64,000 nucleotides of DNA from NCBI GenBank assembly GCA_946965045.2, contig OX337230.1, positions 4,278,001 to 4,342,000 on the forward strand. The letters are read 5' to 3'. Shown piece by piece: positions 23,801 to 36,137 of this stretch (the stretch's first letter is position 1; the number at the start of each line of letters is the position of its first letter). The notes beneath the pieces were generated by a model. It was not told where the DNA came from, made no database searches, and saw nothing but the letters and a program-made list of their open reading frames with translations. This DNA is from Epithemia pelagica. Its lineage: Eukaryota; Protista; Bacillariophyta. The translations under genes and the position numbers were made by a program.

Positions 23801-23893
23801 TTCTTCTTCTTCTTCTGGAACCAGTGGGTCTTCTGAAACCAACAATAACGATGATGAGCATGATGGTTCGTTCCCTCTTGTTGTTGTGGCCAT
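20867..23893 (-). CDS. Large, mostly disordered Pro/Gln/Ser-rich protein with one globular region
   Basis: Uninterrupted ~1000-aa frame, first ATG at 23893. Globular-looking segment from VYCLVNELKRYLDWL to QVARFIVELPSF, then low-complexity sequence. Confidence 0.7.
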   Translation of the reverse strand: MATTTRGNEPSCSSSLLLVSEDPLVPEEEEEEVPPLAAAASVAAERNEEEPPQSQEEADFETLTGDALWNNNHSRSTNTSHAEDTDTTTTILSNPLDASVVWTQQTHPPSSAVETSTTADTHDNPETNQRVYCLVNELKRYLDWLPQAGAVWNAWLDEQYSGNDSLAQAAIQYYQQRPELVEYTLDKELPRMQYTWMSAAEGVVTDASHIALLLLQASWSDDPLMRVWARSANQSLWADLVQSLTTTSTTTSTTCGDPHEPPPPSLIRPHWHMAVHTHDVEWTLCPDTCTIVAKAVWELRLPHPQLQLVPIAQLTVSVQFSPQIPLVQYHVESMKPIRHDDLEDDDLWLLQVARFIVELPSFVVEEEEEDEEDELDHGSNRSRLGGGLYRRRFLQSSSSSLQRTWNHSRAAAHNLWRRARERELERQHNPPKQHQQPQPQHIDDDDEEEEVTWSESEPQQNDDPPTNTTNQPTATKQEEEEPDDLFRQPFLEQPQLPRLPSSSSSSWKRKKPLLVASRATHHLWRRAREAASPTPPPTLQDDDEEEEQVTWNWTGLKDPHPTTRANLPSRETKSKPVPLSSSSQSSSKPANQSTPTKTTEPSIPPRAHTARPSSAVTATTRTTVNSENDIPPPPPQRNDASSNACVVPPPPSPPPVAAPMNTNHNNQNHNNPKPKKRLTAAPLAATLRTTWKKQVVHRWNSATNATNTNLNHKPVPPRIAPRIPLAAKPQQQTQQQPDRTARPLAPGTPTRKPQPAQERPPLPPPKPQPLPQGTGSAAPTEQPRNDKSNPLTSQNRTRPPAPTPALSQPLHGPLRHTAKEGSGGGPSKHWNALLRSRWNRVVAAPPKPPPNPSRLGGWKQRALSKQTVKSQVTVEDEGASEEWIFLSSSSSQSSKKASIATSPALSRTAAPPHEEEDGQSVAATEESSSVTTATSCEASDGLPRVDSNHHHDRSTTPLSSSSNSIPVNVWADSSSSLTAESSTNNHSSSWRSSKPNHARTRMLLKLMA

Positions 23894-25143
23894 GATGTGT
23901 TTCGTCTTTCTTTTGCTGGTATCCAGAAAATCCTTTGTTCGTTCCTTCCAAACAAGGATGAATGGCTTCCTTGGCACGTTGTTGTTGCTGTTGCTGTTGT
24001 TGGGTGGTTTGGTTTTCTGGTGCTCTGCGGTTGTTACGTGTCGCCGCACAAATATAGGGAGTCTATGATAGAATAATAGAAATAGAGCCGACAATGGGGG
24101 GGCCTTCTTTTATTGTATTTGCGGCGGAGTGCGGAGTCGTACCAAATATAGACGTGAAGTGTGTGTTGGTTGTGGCTGCATGTCTGGAATCGTTCGATTC
24201 GTGAGTGCGGAGGTGTGTCGTCTCCCTCGCTTTTTTGGCGACACGCGCGCACAGCGACACCAAAAGTGTCGTCTTCCGCGCCCGCCCGGCCATCATATTT
24301 TCGTCGTGGGGGTAGACTATGGTATGGGTAGGCATAGTCTATAGGTCATCGTTTCGGCATCAAAGTATCTAGGAGTTTATGAGGACCACTCCACCTGTAT
24401 TACTCCTATGATTGTCCTTCCACTCCAAAACAGAACACACTGAGCAGTCCCTCTACTCTAGATCTAGTAGAGGTATTCGAGTGGATCTATCTACCGACTC
24501 CATCGAACGGCGCGTGCCAGTGTCGGAAGGACGGACTGTCTGTTGTGAGAGGGCTCGGCGATGAGTAGTCTCAACCAACCAACCAACCGTGACGAGACCA
24601 TTCGTCGAGATCCCAGAAACGGGCCACACACACACACACGAATACTTGTAGAGAGACTCTTTTGTTAATCAGCCAAAGACGAGCAAGGAGGAGGACCAAG
24701 AGGTTGTTCGTTCCGATGGATGCCCACCGGTTCGTGGGACCACCATGGTTGGTTCGAGACAAGAGGAATCCTACCTAGTCGAGCAACACTCCATCGTCGA
24801 TGGATGGCCCTGGAAAGGATGAGCCTCTGTCCATGTATACTACTAGAATCGCCCCTCCTCCCGTTTTAAGAGTCTTGTCGTCGTCGTCGTCGGTTTAGGA
24901 CTTGGTCCCATAGTGTTTCTCCTCCTCTCGCTCTCTCCTGGTGGTGGTGGGTGGACGTGGGACGACCGAGGACTCGGTAGTTGGTGTGCCTGGTTATTGT
25001 GGTTGTGATTCGTCGTCCTTTTGTCCTGGAAAAGGACCGGTCCATCAGGCCTTGTTGGTACTACTGGCGTTGGAAGGTGGTTGATTGTTGGCAACCGGCG
25101 CCGTCCGTGATTCCTCCTCCTGGGTGTTGTTGTCGTGGTCCTT

Positions 25144-26478
25144 CTACACTGCTGCAGTCGTGGGGGCGGTCGGTGGTTGGGCCGTTGCACATGCTGGGGC
25201 GGATGCATCGTCCTCCGAGGTGGCAGTGGTCGGTGCCTGCTTGTCCGAATGTTTCTCCTTGTCCTTGCCACTATCATTCGTAGTCGTAGTCCTAGGAGCA
25301 ACATCTGGAGCAACTGCTGTTGCAGCAATTGAAGGAGGAGAACGGTATGTGATTCCTCCGTTTGCAGGAGGATCCTGCTTCTGCTTCTTCTTTTTGGTTG
25401 TCGTTTTTGTCTTTTTGGCAGTCCTGGCATGCGGCTCGTCGAGATCCCTTGTTCCTCGTCGCTTGCGCGGACTGGTGCGAGTCGGTGCGGTCTGGTTGTT
25501 CTTGTCGTTGGTACCATTCGTAAAAGACGTTTCGTCGTGTTGTTGTTCTTGTTGGATGGGCCTTTTTCCTTGTCGTTGTTGTTGCGGGGCGCCGTCCTTG
25601 TCGTTCGTTTGCTCTGGTTTTTGCGGCGGTGGAGACTGTGTGGTGTCACCCATACTGTCAGGTTTCGAATGGGAATCATCTCCTGCGGCGGCATGTCCCG
25701 GTTGTGGCTTTGTGGATTGCCGTCCCTTGTGTGGTTGTTTGAGTTTGTATTCCAGGACGGTTTCGAGTTTTTGCGAGAGTTCCGTCGTCAGACCATTCCA
25801 TCGAATGTAATGGCCCTGCTTATCCTGTTTGGACTGACCCTTCCACAAACAAAAGGTATAGCCTTGTTCGACACACGTCTTGTAAATTTGGGCAATGCAG
25901 CGACCTCGTTGACGACCGGCTCCAAACAAGTAACCATGCACGTGAATGGCACGTTCCAACACTTGGAAATTGTCATGATTCCGATGTTCCTTGTAATGAC
26001 TTGGCAAGGGAATTTCCCGAGGTCCAAAGTGTCCGACCATGGCGGGCAGTAACAAATGAGGTTCCATTGGTGTTGTTGTTGTCGTTGTCGTGGAGGATCC
26101 TTTCGCACCCTTGCCACCAGCACCGCGGCCTGCTGGTTCTTGTTGGCTTTGTTGTTGTTGTTGTTGTTGGAGTTGTTTGTGTTGATATTCCAGGACGGTT
26201 TCGAGTTTGCGGGAGAGTGGTGGTGTCAATTTGCGATACGAGACGTAGGTTCCCTGGGGATCTCGTTTGGAGGTTCCCTTCCAGACACAAAAGGTATAGC
26301 CTTGGGCCACACAGGCCTTGAAAATTTGAGCCACGCATCGTCCGCGACTACCGACAAAGGTGGACCCATATTTTGACAGGGCGCGTTGCAAAATTTCAAA
26401 ATTGTCATGATTCTTATGTTCATTGTAATGGCCCGGCAAGGGAATTTCCTTGTCGCCAAAGTCACCCACCACGCCCAT
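25144..26478 (-). CDS. Protein with two tandem ~100-aa domains (divergent DUF6824-like) and a low-complexity tail
   Basis: ATG at 26478. Repeats GDFGDKEIPLPGHY...GYTFCVWKG...KLETVLEY and GHFGPREIPLPSHY...GYTFCLWKG...KLETVLEY. The DUF6824 resemblance is by motif spacing only. Confidence 0.7.
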   Translation of the reverse strand: MGVVGDFGDKEIPLPGHYNEHKNHDNFEILQRALSKYGSTFVGSRGRCVAQIFKACVAQGYTFCVWKGTSKRDPQGTYVSYRKLTPPLSRKLETVLEYQHKQLQQQQQQQSQQEPAGRGAGGKGAKGSSTTTTTTTPMEPHLLLPAMVGHFGPREIPLPSHYKEHRNHDNFQVLERAIHVHGYLFGAGRQRGRCIAQIYKTCVEQGYTFCLWKGQSKQDKQGHYIRWNGLTTELSQKLETVLEYKLKQPHKGRQSTKPQPGHAAAGDDSHSKPDSMGDTTQSPPPQKPEQTNDKDGAPQQQRQGKRPIQQEQQHDETSFTNGTNDKNNQTAPTRTSPRKRRGTRDLDEPHARTAKKTKTTTKKKKQKQDPPANGGITYRSPPSIAATAVAPDVAPRTTTTNDSGKDKEKHSDKQAPTTATSEDDASAPACATAQPPTAPTTAAV

Positions 26479-27270
26479 GCTTTTGTAGCTCTTTCTTTGT
26501 GTAGAGTATGTATAGATTGGCGTCTGTCTGTGTTGTTTGTTTGTTTCGTTCTCTAATAGACGAAATGGATCTCCCAAAGAGAGAGAGAGAGATCCGGACA
26601 CGATACAGAGATCCTTTGTCAGAGAAGTAACAGAATCTATAACTTTCTGGTGCGTAGAGGTGATTGTGATGAACGAATTGGGCTGTGTGGCCAGAAACAG
26701 TTCGCAAACGCTCCGCAAAAAGTCTGAAGAATCACTATCGACGACCGTAATGCGTCTGACATGGGAGTTGGTCGCGTGAGGGCGACACTATGCCCCAAAG
26801 TAGCTATGCAATACTTCGAACTATAGTCTCTCTCCTCAGATTGGCATTTGTGGCATTCCACTCATTGGTTCGATACAACCCATTCCATGCAGGCTGTCCA
26901 AAAGTCACAGATTGCAAGGCCAAGTAGAGCCCGAGAGGGTGACGATGAAGTCGTTTTGTGTGATTTGAGGCGAGTCGGAGAGGTTATCGATCCTGCAGTG
27001 GCCGTTGCCGATATGTTGGCGCAGCAAGACCTTGGGTAGGTCATTGTCACGCATCCGACGATTCCCAACGACAATGGCCATATCCCATTGTCGAATATTC
27101 GGAACGTCACGAATCGTTTTTCGAAACTTTCATAGCTCCACGGAAAATTGCAAAGACGAAACCAACAGTTCCAAACCACTCTCTACAGTCCACAACAGCT
27201 TATATACTAATACTATACCTTACGATACTCGCGCTGTCGGTGGTTGGTTTTTGTTTGTTCTTCTCTACTA

Positions 27271-30226
27271 CTACTGATAGTCTTCGACCAGTTGCTTGAG
27301 CATGGCCATCATTTCGTCAATCTTCATTTCACCCTTGACTTCATTTTCCCGGGTACGGATATTGACCGACTGGTTCTCCACCTCGGCCTTGCCCACGACA
27401 AACTGAAAGTTGTACTGCGCAATTTGGGCGTTGCGAACCTTTTTTTGCATGGTGTTTTTGGAGAGATCGACATCGGCGTAATAGCCGGCATCGTGCAGTT
27501 GTTGCTGGACCTTTTGACAAAAGTCTCCAAAGTCGGCATGGACGGGAATCAACATGACTTGTCGGGGACTCAACCACAAGGGCCATTTGCCACCAAAGTG
27601 TTCGCACAAGACGGCAAACATGCGTTCGACACTGCCCAGCATGGCACGATGGACCATGACGGGTCGAGCAAACTGCTGTCCATTTTCCTTCCCATCTGTC
27701 GTGTATTGGAGATCGAATCGGATCGGCAATTGGAAATCCAGTTGGATGGTGGCACATTGATGCACACGTTCCATGGCATCCATGACCTTGATATCAATCT
27801 TGGGTCCATAAAAGGCACCATCTCCGGGATTGACTCTCCAACTCCCCTTGCCCGAGAAATCGTCCATGGCATTGGCCAAGGCCTTTTCGGCCCGTTGCCA
27901 GAGTTCCAATTCTCCCAGGGCCTTGGCGGGACGAGTGGACAACTCCAACTTGTACGTCATACCAAAGGTGGTGTAGACGGATTTCATAAAGTTGAGGGCA
28001 CCCAGCACTTCGGCTTCAATTTGATCTTCGCGACAAAAAATATGGCCATCGTCTTGTTGAAAGCGACGGACCCGTGTCAAACCGGTCAAGGCCCCCGAAA
28101 GTTCATTGCGATGCAAGACGCCAAAATCGGCGTACCGAATGGGCAAATCGCGGTAGGACCGGATCGCACTGGCAAACATGAGGCAATGACCGGGACAATT
28201 CATGGGTTTCATGGCCCATTCCTGGCCCTCGACTTCAAAGCTAAACATGGCATCCTTATAATGCAAGGCGTGGCCGGACTTGTGCCAAAGATCGAGATTG
28301 AAAATGTTGGGTGTAATGATTTCATCGTAGCCGCGTTTCCAATAATGGGACCGGATGAATTCGACCAGTTTATTGTAAATCCGAGCTCCATGCGGAAGCC
28401 AAAAGGCACTGCCGGCCGACAATTCGTGAAAGAAAATCAAATCTTGTTTGGCCGCAATCCGACGATGGTCGCGTTCTTTAGCCTGTCCCGCACACACAGT
28501 CCAGAGAAAGCAAACAAGAGAAAGAGAATCAAGGAAAAGAAAGAGACAATCCGGTGAGAGGAGAGATACACCATCCGTAACCGAAATTCTGCGCGCAAGG
28601 GTCTACAATCGCACAACACACAAACACAAGAGTGTGGAAAACTCAGAAGAATCAGCGGAAATGGATAAGTGTGTATCAATCATGACCAAGCATGTTGGTT
28701 CTGAGAATGAGATTCGATACAGTTTGTTTCCTCATTGCTTCCCCCACGACATGCACGGTGCCTCGATTGGTAATGGTCCTTGTTCTGATTGTTCGTGGTC
28801 GTCGTACCTTTTCTTGGTTTTCTTTCCACACGGTCAAGAGTTTTTTATCGGGAAAGCTAATGCCATACATGCGTTGGAGAGAGTCATTGTTGGTATCGCC
28901 CAACCAATTGGTGGCGGAATGTCGAATGGCGGCAAAGGCCTTGACCTTACCGGAATGCGGCAAATGCGGACCGCGGCACAAGTCAATCAAATCGCCACAG
29001 CGATAGACCGTGGTACGAGAGCCGTCGGGCACCTTGGTTTTCAATAGGGAAACCTTGAAGGGATTGTCGGCAAACAATTCGAGGCCTTCTTCTTTGGTAA
29101 TGACGAGACGCTCAAACTTTTGTTTTTGCTTGACAATCTTGGTCACTTCCTTTTGGACAATCTCGTCTATATTAGAGGAATCGGTAGTATTGATATCAAA
29201 AAGTAGAAAAAGACAAGCAACAATAGAAACAAACCAACAAACAAGTCAAGCGTGTGAGTCCGTGCGGTTCGGAACTAGAAAGAGAAGTGGTGGCAATTGG
29301 TTTGTCTGCTTCGTTCCAGTATACCTACAATCGTCTTCCCGAAGGGCATCGGATCCCATGAAAGAATCGTAATAAAAGCCACCGTCAAGCGGTGGTCCAA
29401 TGGTGAGTTTGGATCCATAGGAATGTTCCAAGGCTTCGCCCATGATATGTGAGGAGGAATGCCAAAAGACGGTCGTGGCATCCTTGTCTTGACCAAACTT
29501 GAGAAATTCCATCTTGGCCACCGGTCCCACCAACGGACGGGTCATGTCCCACAACAACGTCTTTTGTGGAGAACCATTGGCGGCCGTGTCCGATTCTTGG
29601 TCTTGTGCTGGTTCGGCTTGTTCTTCGGTTTCGCCCATGGCATCGAGCATCATATCGACTCCTTCCATCCCATCTTCCCAAATGGAATAATCGGGCACAA
29701 AGGACGAGTAGGTGACACGTGCCACAACGGCACTGTCGGCCAATCCTTGACTAATGGATTGGGCGACATCGACGGGGGACGTTTTCCACGCCAAAAAGGG
29801 TTCCTGCGTCTTGCTGTGTTGCGTCAAGACGGTACCATCGGGTAGGGTAATGGCAATGGGAATGGCTTGTTTCGTCTCGAGTTCGACTTGACGACGTTGG
29901 GCAATCGTCTCGTAGACCGCCAGGCGGTCTTTTAACCAGTCGGGATTTTGGGTACGACCCGGAAAGGAATCTCCCCCAATATGAGTTTGTTGCGAGGCAT
30001 CCATTTTGGGACCACTGCCCGCCTTGGCACGACGGCCTTGTTGGCCACCAGCAGCCGAAGCAGCCGCAGTACTTTTTTGCTGGTTGTTGTTGTTGTTCGA
30101 GACATTGGGCTCATCCTTTTCGAATGTCGGTTGAGTGACACCGGGATAGTCCAAGACGGCAAATTTGCGCGTGGCATTCATGGAAATATCCTCCTGTTTC
30201 TTGGCACCATTTTTGGGTTTGCCCAT
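27271..30226 (-). CDS. TARS: Threonyl-tRNA synthetase, cytosolic; exons 30226-29329, 29166-28808, 28482-27271
   Basis: Motifs [67 protein letters not shown]. Both GT-AG introns restore the frame (DDY-EIVQK and EK-AKERDHR). Confidence 0.97.
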
Positions 30227-30704
30227 GGTGACAGTGTATGAGAGAGAGAAAGAGAGAGAGAGACTGTTTGTAAATAGATTGCAATCGAGCGAGATTGGGA
30301 GAGTGCCGTGCCGTGCGACGACCAGAATCGATCCAACCAGCAGCACACTATAAAGAGAGAGAAAGAGAGATTGGCAGCAGAGTCCAGTGTCCAATAGAAC
30401 AGAGAGAGAGCCTCGAAACACGCGGCCACAATGGGATAAAGTCTCCAACACACAAACGTGCAAGAGAACACACGGCTGATCCGATGAATGGATGCGAGAG
30501 ATCGAAAGAAGCGCGGGTCTGCAACTTCCGGTAATGGACTCAAAACGTACGAAATCTTTCTACTTCTCGGAGTATCGTCACGATAAAACAACCGTTTTCA
30601 TATAGCGTTATCACACACCAATATATCTGATATGATCATATTAGACACAGATTCTTTCGATATGAGGCATGCATCCCGAGTCACGGATGTCGGGGGACAT
30701 TGTA

Positions 30705-30975
30705 GATGTCTTTTGATGTCGTTTGATGTCTTTTGATGTCGTTTGATGTCGTTTGTGTTTATATCGCCAAGAGAAGCTCTACTCTCCAGCAGTTGGTATT
30801 CTTCAACAGAAAACACACCACTGATTGACGGTAGGCCCATCGCTGAATCAACTGAATGCGCACCGCTTGATTTTGACTCAAACCATGTTTCCGCGCGAGC
30901 CCGAAACGACATTAAACGACATCAAACAACATCAAACGACATCCCTCACGACATCAAACGACATCCCTCACGACA
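30705..30975. repeat. Two oppositely oriented arrays of a 10-bp unit (GATGTCGTTT / AAACGACATC) flanking ~150 bp
   Basis: About five copies at 30705-30755 and about six degenerate reverse-complement copies at 30906-30975. An outer 14-bp inverted pair lies at 30521-30534 and 31122-31135. Confidence 0.85.
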
Positions 30976-31634
30976 TTCCCGTTTGTTCCATACTAGTGAG
31001 ATTGTGAAACCATACTCTATGGCTTCATTATACGTATTTTGTATTAATATCCATCCTTTGTCGAAGAAGTTCTTGGTCTTGTACTCTGGGTATTGCTTGC
31101 GGATATGGGACTCACGGGTAGTTACCGGAAGTTGCTGAATCTTTTGTGGGGCGAGAAAATGGCCTCTTTGGCCCAAGCCAGTTTGCAATTTGAAAGTTCA
31201 AACATGGTTTTGAAAAATCGACGCTGGTGTCGTAGGCATGTCGCATGCTGCGTCGCCATTGCGTTCTTCAAGTCATTATTTTTGGTTCTGACATCATGTC
31301 CACGACCCGGCAAGAAAGTTCATTTCTCGCATACTTTGTCATGCCATTTTTTGGGAACCACAACGAGAGATATCATCATCCATCGGCGATCTCTCTCTCG
31401 AACAAAGATGAGAACGAAAAACGACATTGGATCCAAGACGACGACGACGAACAAAGATACATTACTGATTGGAAGGATAGGCTACTACTTGTACAGATAC
31501 TCATGATTCGAGGGAGACGACCACCAAGCAGCAGCAATATCGACAACCACGACACCACATCCAACACCACCACGACGGCGACTACAAGTTTGGAGGAACT
31601 GAATGGACCTCACAACAACCATCACCCCAAAACA

Positions 31635-34600
31635 ATGATTGTGCTGAGGCCACAACCTCCGCCACCAGAATCATCATCACCCGAAGCAACAAACACAAGG
31701 ACGACCACCATCACTGCCAGCACCAATACGAACGAACCATCGCAGTCTTTGTCCTCCTTCTCGTCTTTGTCGTTTCTCCAGGCGGTGCAACCGTTGCCAC
31801 AGACACTCCGTCGCAGTACAAGTAGTGGCGATAGATCCTCGTTTCAACAAGCACAACCACAATTGTATTATCGTCCCAAGAGTTCGCGCTTGTCGCGAGA
31901 GTCTCTGCGCCACTTGAATGTGGCCCAAATTCGATTGGATCATTATGCCTCCTTTACTTCGAGCAGCAGTACTCACCGTAATCATCCTCATCCTCCTGGC
32001 ACTACTACGACAAGTCCTCATACTACAAAAGAACAAGAAGGAGGAGACACTTCTTCTTCTTCCTGGATCACCGCCACCCATTTATCGCCAGATGACGACC
32101 CAGTTCTACCGTTGCTGCATGGCCGAGAGTCCGAACTCCAAACCGTCATGGACTTTTTGTCGCAAGCATCCAACAAGAATGACAACGACAACAACAAGAG
32201 CCCAACCAACAAGTCGAAACCACCCTCGTCGTCGTCGTCGTCGTCGCGTCTGTTGTGGATTTCGGGAGAATCGGGAGTCGGCAAAACCTCCCTGGTACAA
32301 ACCGCATTGCTGCACTATCGTCAGCAACAAGAACAATCACAACAACCACAATCACAACAATCGCAATCACCACGGCTGCTTGCCGTCTGGGGCAAGTTTG
32401 CCTTGGATTTTAGCCAGCAACCCACACGGCCCTATCAAGGCATTACGCAGGCCTGTCGACACGTTTGTCAGGTTTTGCTGCTCCACGACCAGGACAAGGA
32501 CGATTCACCGACACAGCGACGACAACAACAAGAAGCACGACGAGACGAATTGCGACGCGCCCTTGGTAGCTCCCTCTCCACCTTGGCTACCGTCTTGCCC
32601 GAGTTGATGGACTTTTTGAACCCAAACGAGGACGAGGACGAGGAGCAAGGCACACCACCGCAACCAGCAGTACCACCACCACCAACTACGATTCGGACCC
32701 AAGAAGCCCAAAATCGCTTGCGCCATGCCTTTGGTCGCTTTGTGGGGACCGTGACTCACTGGTTCCCAGTTGTTTTGGTCTTGGATGATTTGCAATGGGC
32801 CGATGTCGAATCCATTCGCTTGCTCGAATCCCTCCTCCTTGTCGTGGGTGTCAACAGCACGCCGGGCAGCACCACTCGGAATCCCAATCACCACAATCAC
32901 CACCCATTGATGATTGTGGGCTGTTCTCGAAGCCATATTGAAACGGGTGGTCCCTTGTGGGAACTCCTTCAAAAATGCAATGTCCCTGCCACATCCACCA
33001 CAAATACATCGTCGCCATTGTCGTCCACTTTGACCAGCCATGTCCAGCATATCGACCTTGGCAATTTGACAGTCGAGGCGACGAACGAGATTGTGGCCCA
33101 TGTGCTCAACATGCCCGACGAGGAATGGACGACTTTGGAATTGGCTCAGGTGGTGCATCAAAAAACCTATGGCAATCCCTTTTTTGTCATTGCCTACCTT
33201 CAATCCTTGTACGACACCAAATTGTTGGACTTTGATTGGTTCGTCTTGCACAAGTGGACCTGGAACCTACCGGCCATTCAGGGACAATCCCAAGTCACAC
33301 CCAATGTCGTACAATTGTTACGGGACAAGATGCAACGCCTGCCCGAGACCGTCTTGGTTCGATTGCCGTTGGCGGCCTGTTTGGGAAGTACCTTTTGCCA
33401 GGACAAGTTCGCCGTCGTGTGGGAGCACATGGGGATGGACGAAATGAGCAAGGTGGTGTTGGTGGCGGCGGTAAGGAGTGGTTCTGGTGAACCACCACAA
33501 GACAAAGAAGCAGCAGCAGCAGCAGCAGCAGCACGAACGCAACGACACAGGGAAACGGAACAGGACAAGCTACTGCCGCTGCAAGTACCAGAACAAGCAC
33601 AAGCCAACGACGATACCAACGACAAGGCGACAAGAGTAGTATTGTGCTGGATGAAGAATGCACCGGGATGGATGCTTCTCGATGGTTGGAACTGTGTGTT
33701 CAGGCCGGCTTTCTCGTCGAGGTGGACCATTCCGCAGGCATGTACAGTTGGGTGCATGACAAAATACAAGAAGCGGCCTTGGCCTTGGTACCGGTCCAGG
33801 AAATGGAGCTCATTCAATTCCGTGTGGGACAAGTCTTGTTGGACCATTTGAGTCGAGCCCAAGTTGCCGACAATATCTTTATTGTCGCCAATTTGTTGCT
33901 CAAGGGTCATGCCACCAACTTGTCGGTGGAACGACGGTTGGAAATTTGTCACTTGTGTCTCCAAGCCGGTCGTGCCGCTATTGTCGCGGCCTCCTTTGCT
34001 CCCGCCGCGCTGTACCTACGGGGTGGCATTGGCTTTCTTCCCGACCAGCATTGGACGACGGAATACCACTTGAGCCTCGAGTTGTTTTCGGCAGCGGCCG
34101 AGGCGGAACATTGTATTGGAGAGCTGGATTCGATGCAAGAGCATTGCAATGCTGTCATTTAACAACAAAAATACCACAATCGACCCATTACCGAAACCTT
34201 TCGTGTATGGAATGTCTTGACATCCTACATGAGTTGGACCAAAAACGACTACAAGACGGCTTCCGAAATGGCTCTCCAAGTTTTGGATCAGCTCGACTGT
34301 CGTTTGCCCAAACGAGGCAAGCTCTTTCATGTCCTGCGCGGTATTTTGCAAATGAAGGCGGACATGAGAAAGCTGGGTCCCAATGCCATTTTGTCGCCGG
34401 ACCAAATGTTGGATACCAAAAAGATTCAAGCCATGATCATGTTGTACAAGCTTTCCACGTCGGCCTATGTGGAACGGTCTCTCTATTTGCCCTTGTCCAT
34501 TTTAAAAAGTTACCAGTGGAGTGTCCAATATGGCATGTCGGAATACTCACCCGCCAACTTTGCTCTGGTCGGCCTCATTCTCATGTCGACCCTCAAGGTA

Positions 34601-35874
34601 CGTGGGGATGGTGTGTGGTTTGTGTTTTTGTTGTTGTTGTCATGGATAGATATGTTTGTGTTGTCATGGATGGCTTGTATACACAAATGTACGTGTGTGC
34701 GTTTGACTTGACGGTGCGACAAACTTACACAATGGCACTCTTTCTTCCAGGATTATGACAAGGCTCGGATTTATGGCGAGTTTGCGGTTTCCTTGGTGGA
34801 CTTGAAACAAGAATTCGAAGTGGCCAAATCTCGTACCATGTTCATTGCCCATGAATTCATTCTTCATGCGTCCAGGGCATACCAAACATGTCTCAAGCGA
34901 TTTTTGGAGGGCTACGAGAGCGGTTTAACAACCGGTGATGTGGAGATGGCGTCGTGGAATATTGTCATGTATCTTGAAATGTCCTTCTTGATTGGTAAGA
35001 GCTTGCCGTCTCTAAACGAAGACTGGGACTTTTATACCAAGCAAATGAAATCGGTGAGGCAAATGCAACAGTACAATATTGCCACCAACAAGTGACAAGT
35101 GGTCTTGAATCTCATGGGTCACTCGGCGGACGCCAACGTGTTGAAAGGTACAGTCTTTGACATGGATGCCTTTACCGAAGAATGGGCCACGAAAAAGGCT
35201 CCTCCACCAGTCGTTATTTCGACATTTTATGCGAGAATTCACCAGGCGTACTTTTTGTGCAACGACGTGGAGGGTGCCGAAGCCGTACTAGCCCTGCATC
35301 GACAATATGCCGACGAGGATATGAATCCGGTACGTGAAAAAACCAAAACACCTGAGAGTGGAAAAGTGGCGATTGCTGCTGTTTGTTGTTCCAACACGTA
35401 ATGGTTCACTCTGCTTTCTAGGGGGCCTTTGTGGACGATGGTCGCCGTGCTCATTCGGCCGTACTGTGTTACTCCGCCGCACGGAGAACCAATAAGAGGA
35501 AATATCTCTCGCAAGGTCGGAAATCGCACCGTCATATACGGGTGATTGGTCAAAAGGGCAATCCCAATTACGCGCATCTCGAAAAGCTTTTGGATGCCGA
35601 ATACGCTGCTCTTCGAGGACGAAAGCTGATTGCCAAGAAATGCTACCAAGATGCTGTGACATTGGCGGCCAGGAGCGGGATTGTACACGAACAAGCGGTG
35701 ATTAATGAACGATTTGGAGATGGTTGTGGAGATTCAAGCGAGGCGCAATACCGCTTCAAATGTGCCATTGATCTGTACAAGGAGTGGGGTGCCTTGGTCA
35801 AGGTCGACTTGGTGGAGCAAAAGCTTTCTTCCTGTATGGATCAAACAGAAATGGGTCCTCGTATCGGTGGATGA
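31635..35874 (+). pseudogene. STAND-class (AAA_16-type) NTPase with a helical TPR-like C-terminal region; disrupted
   Basis: P-loop GESGVGKT, Walker B LVLDDLQWAD, GNPFF and HDKIQEAA motifs. Frame change near 33471-33643 (frameshift or atypical intron). In-frame TAA at 34160-34162 and TGA at 35093-35095. Probable introns near 34598-34750 and 35330-35420. Confidence 0.75.
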
Positions 35875-36137
35875 TGGATTTTCAGATGGCAGCATTGAGA
35901 TCGAAAACAAGATGGTCAAACGGCATTCAGAGTATCTCGGGGATGATCGATCAACAATCAACGAGGGTTAAAGCAGCTATATTTTCGAAGAATTAGCTGT
36001 TGGTGCGAAAAATGAAACCAAGGAACGATCCTACAGTTTGAAACGTTCATGACTGTGGCAGATTACTCAACCTCTCTTAAATCATGATTATATCTCGCTG
36101 CTCTTTGAAAACGCGATCGGTGGATCTCGAGATGCTA

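Noticed and set aside
30227-30463. Open frame upstream of the ThrRS ATG as a possible organelle-targeting presequence
   Set aside because: It starts at TTG, not ATG, and is made of CT-microsatellite 5' UTR. No signal-peptide cleavage motif is evident.
30705-30975. CRISPR-like array
   Set aside because: The units are 10 bp, contiguous, have no unique spacers and sit in a eukaryotic context with no cas genes.
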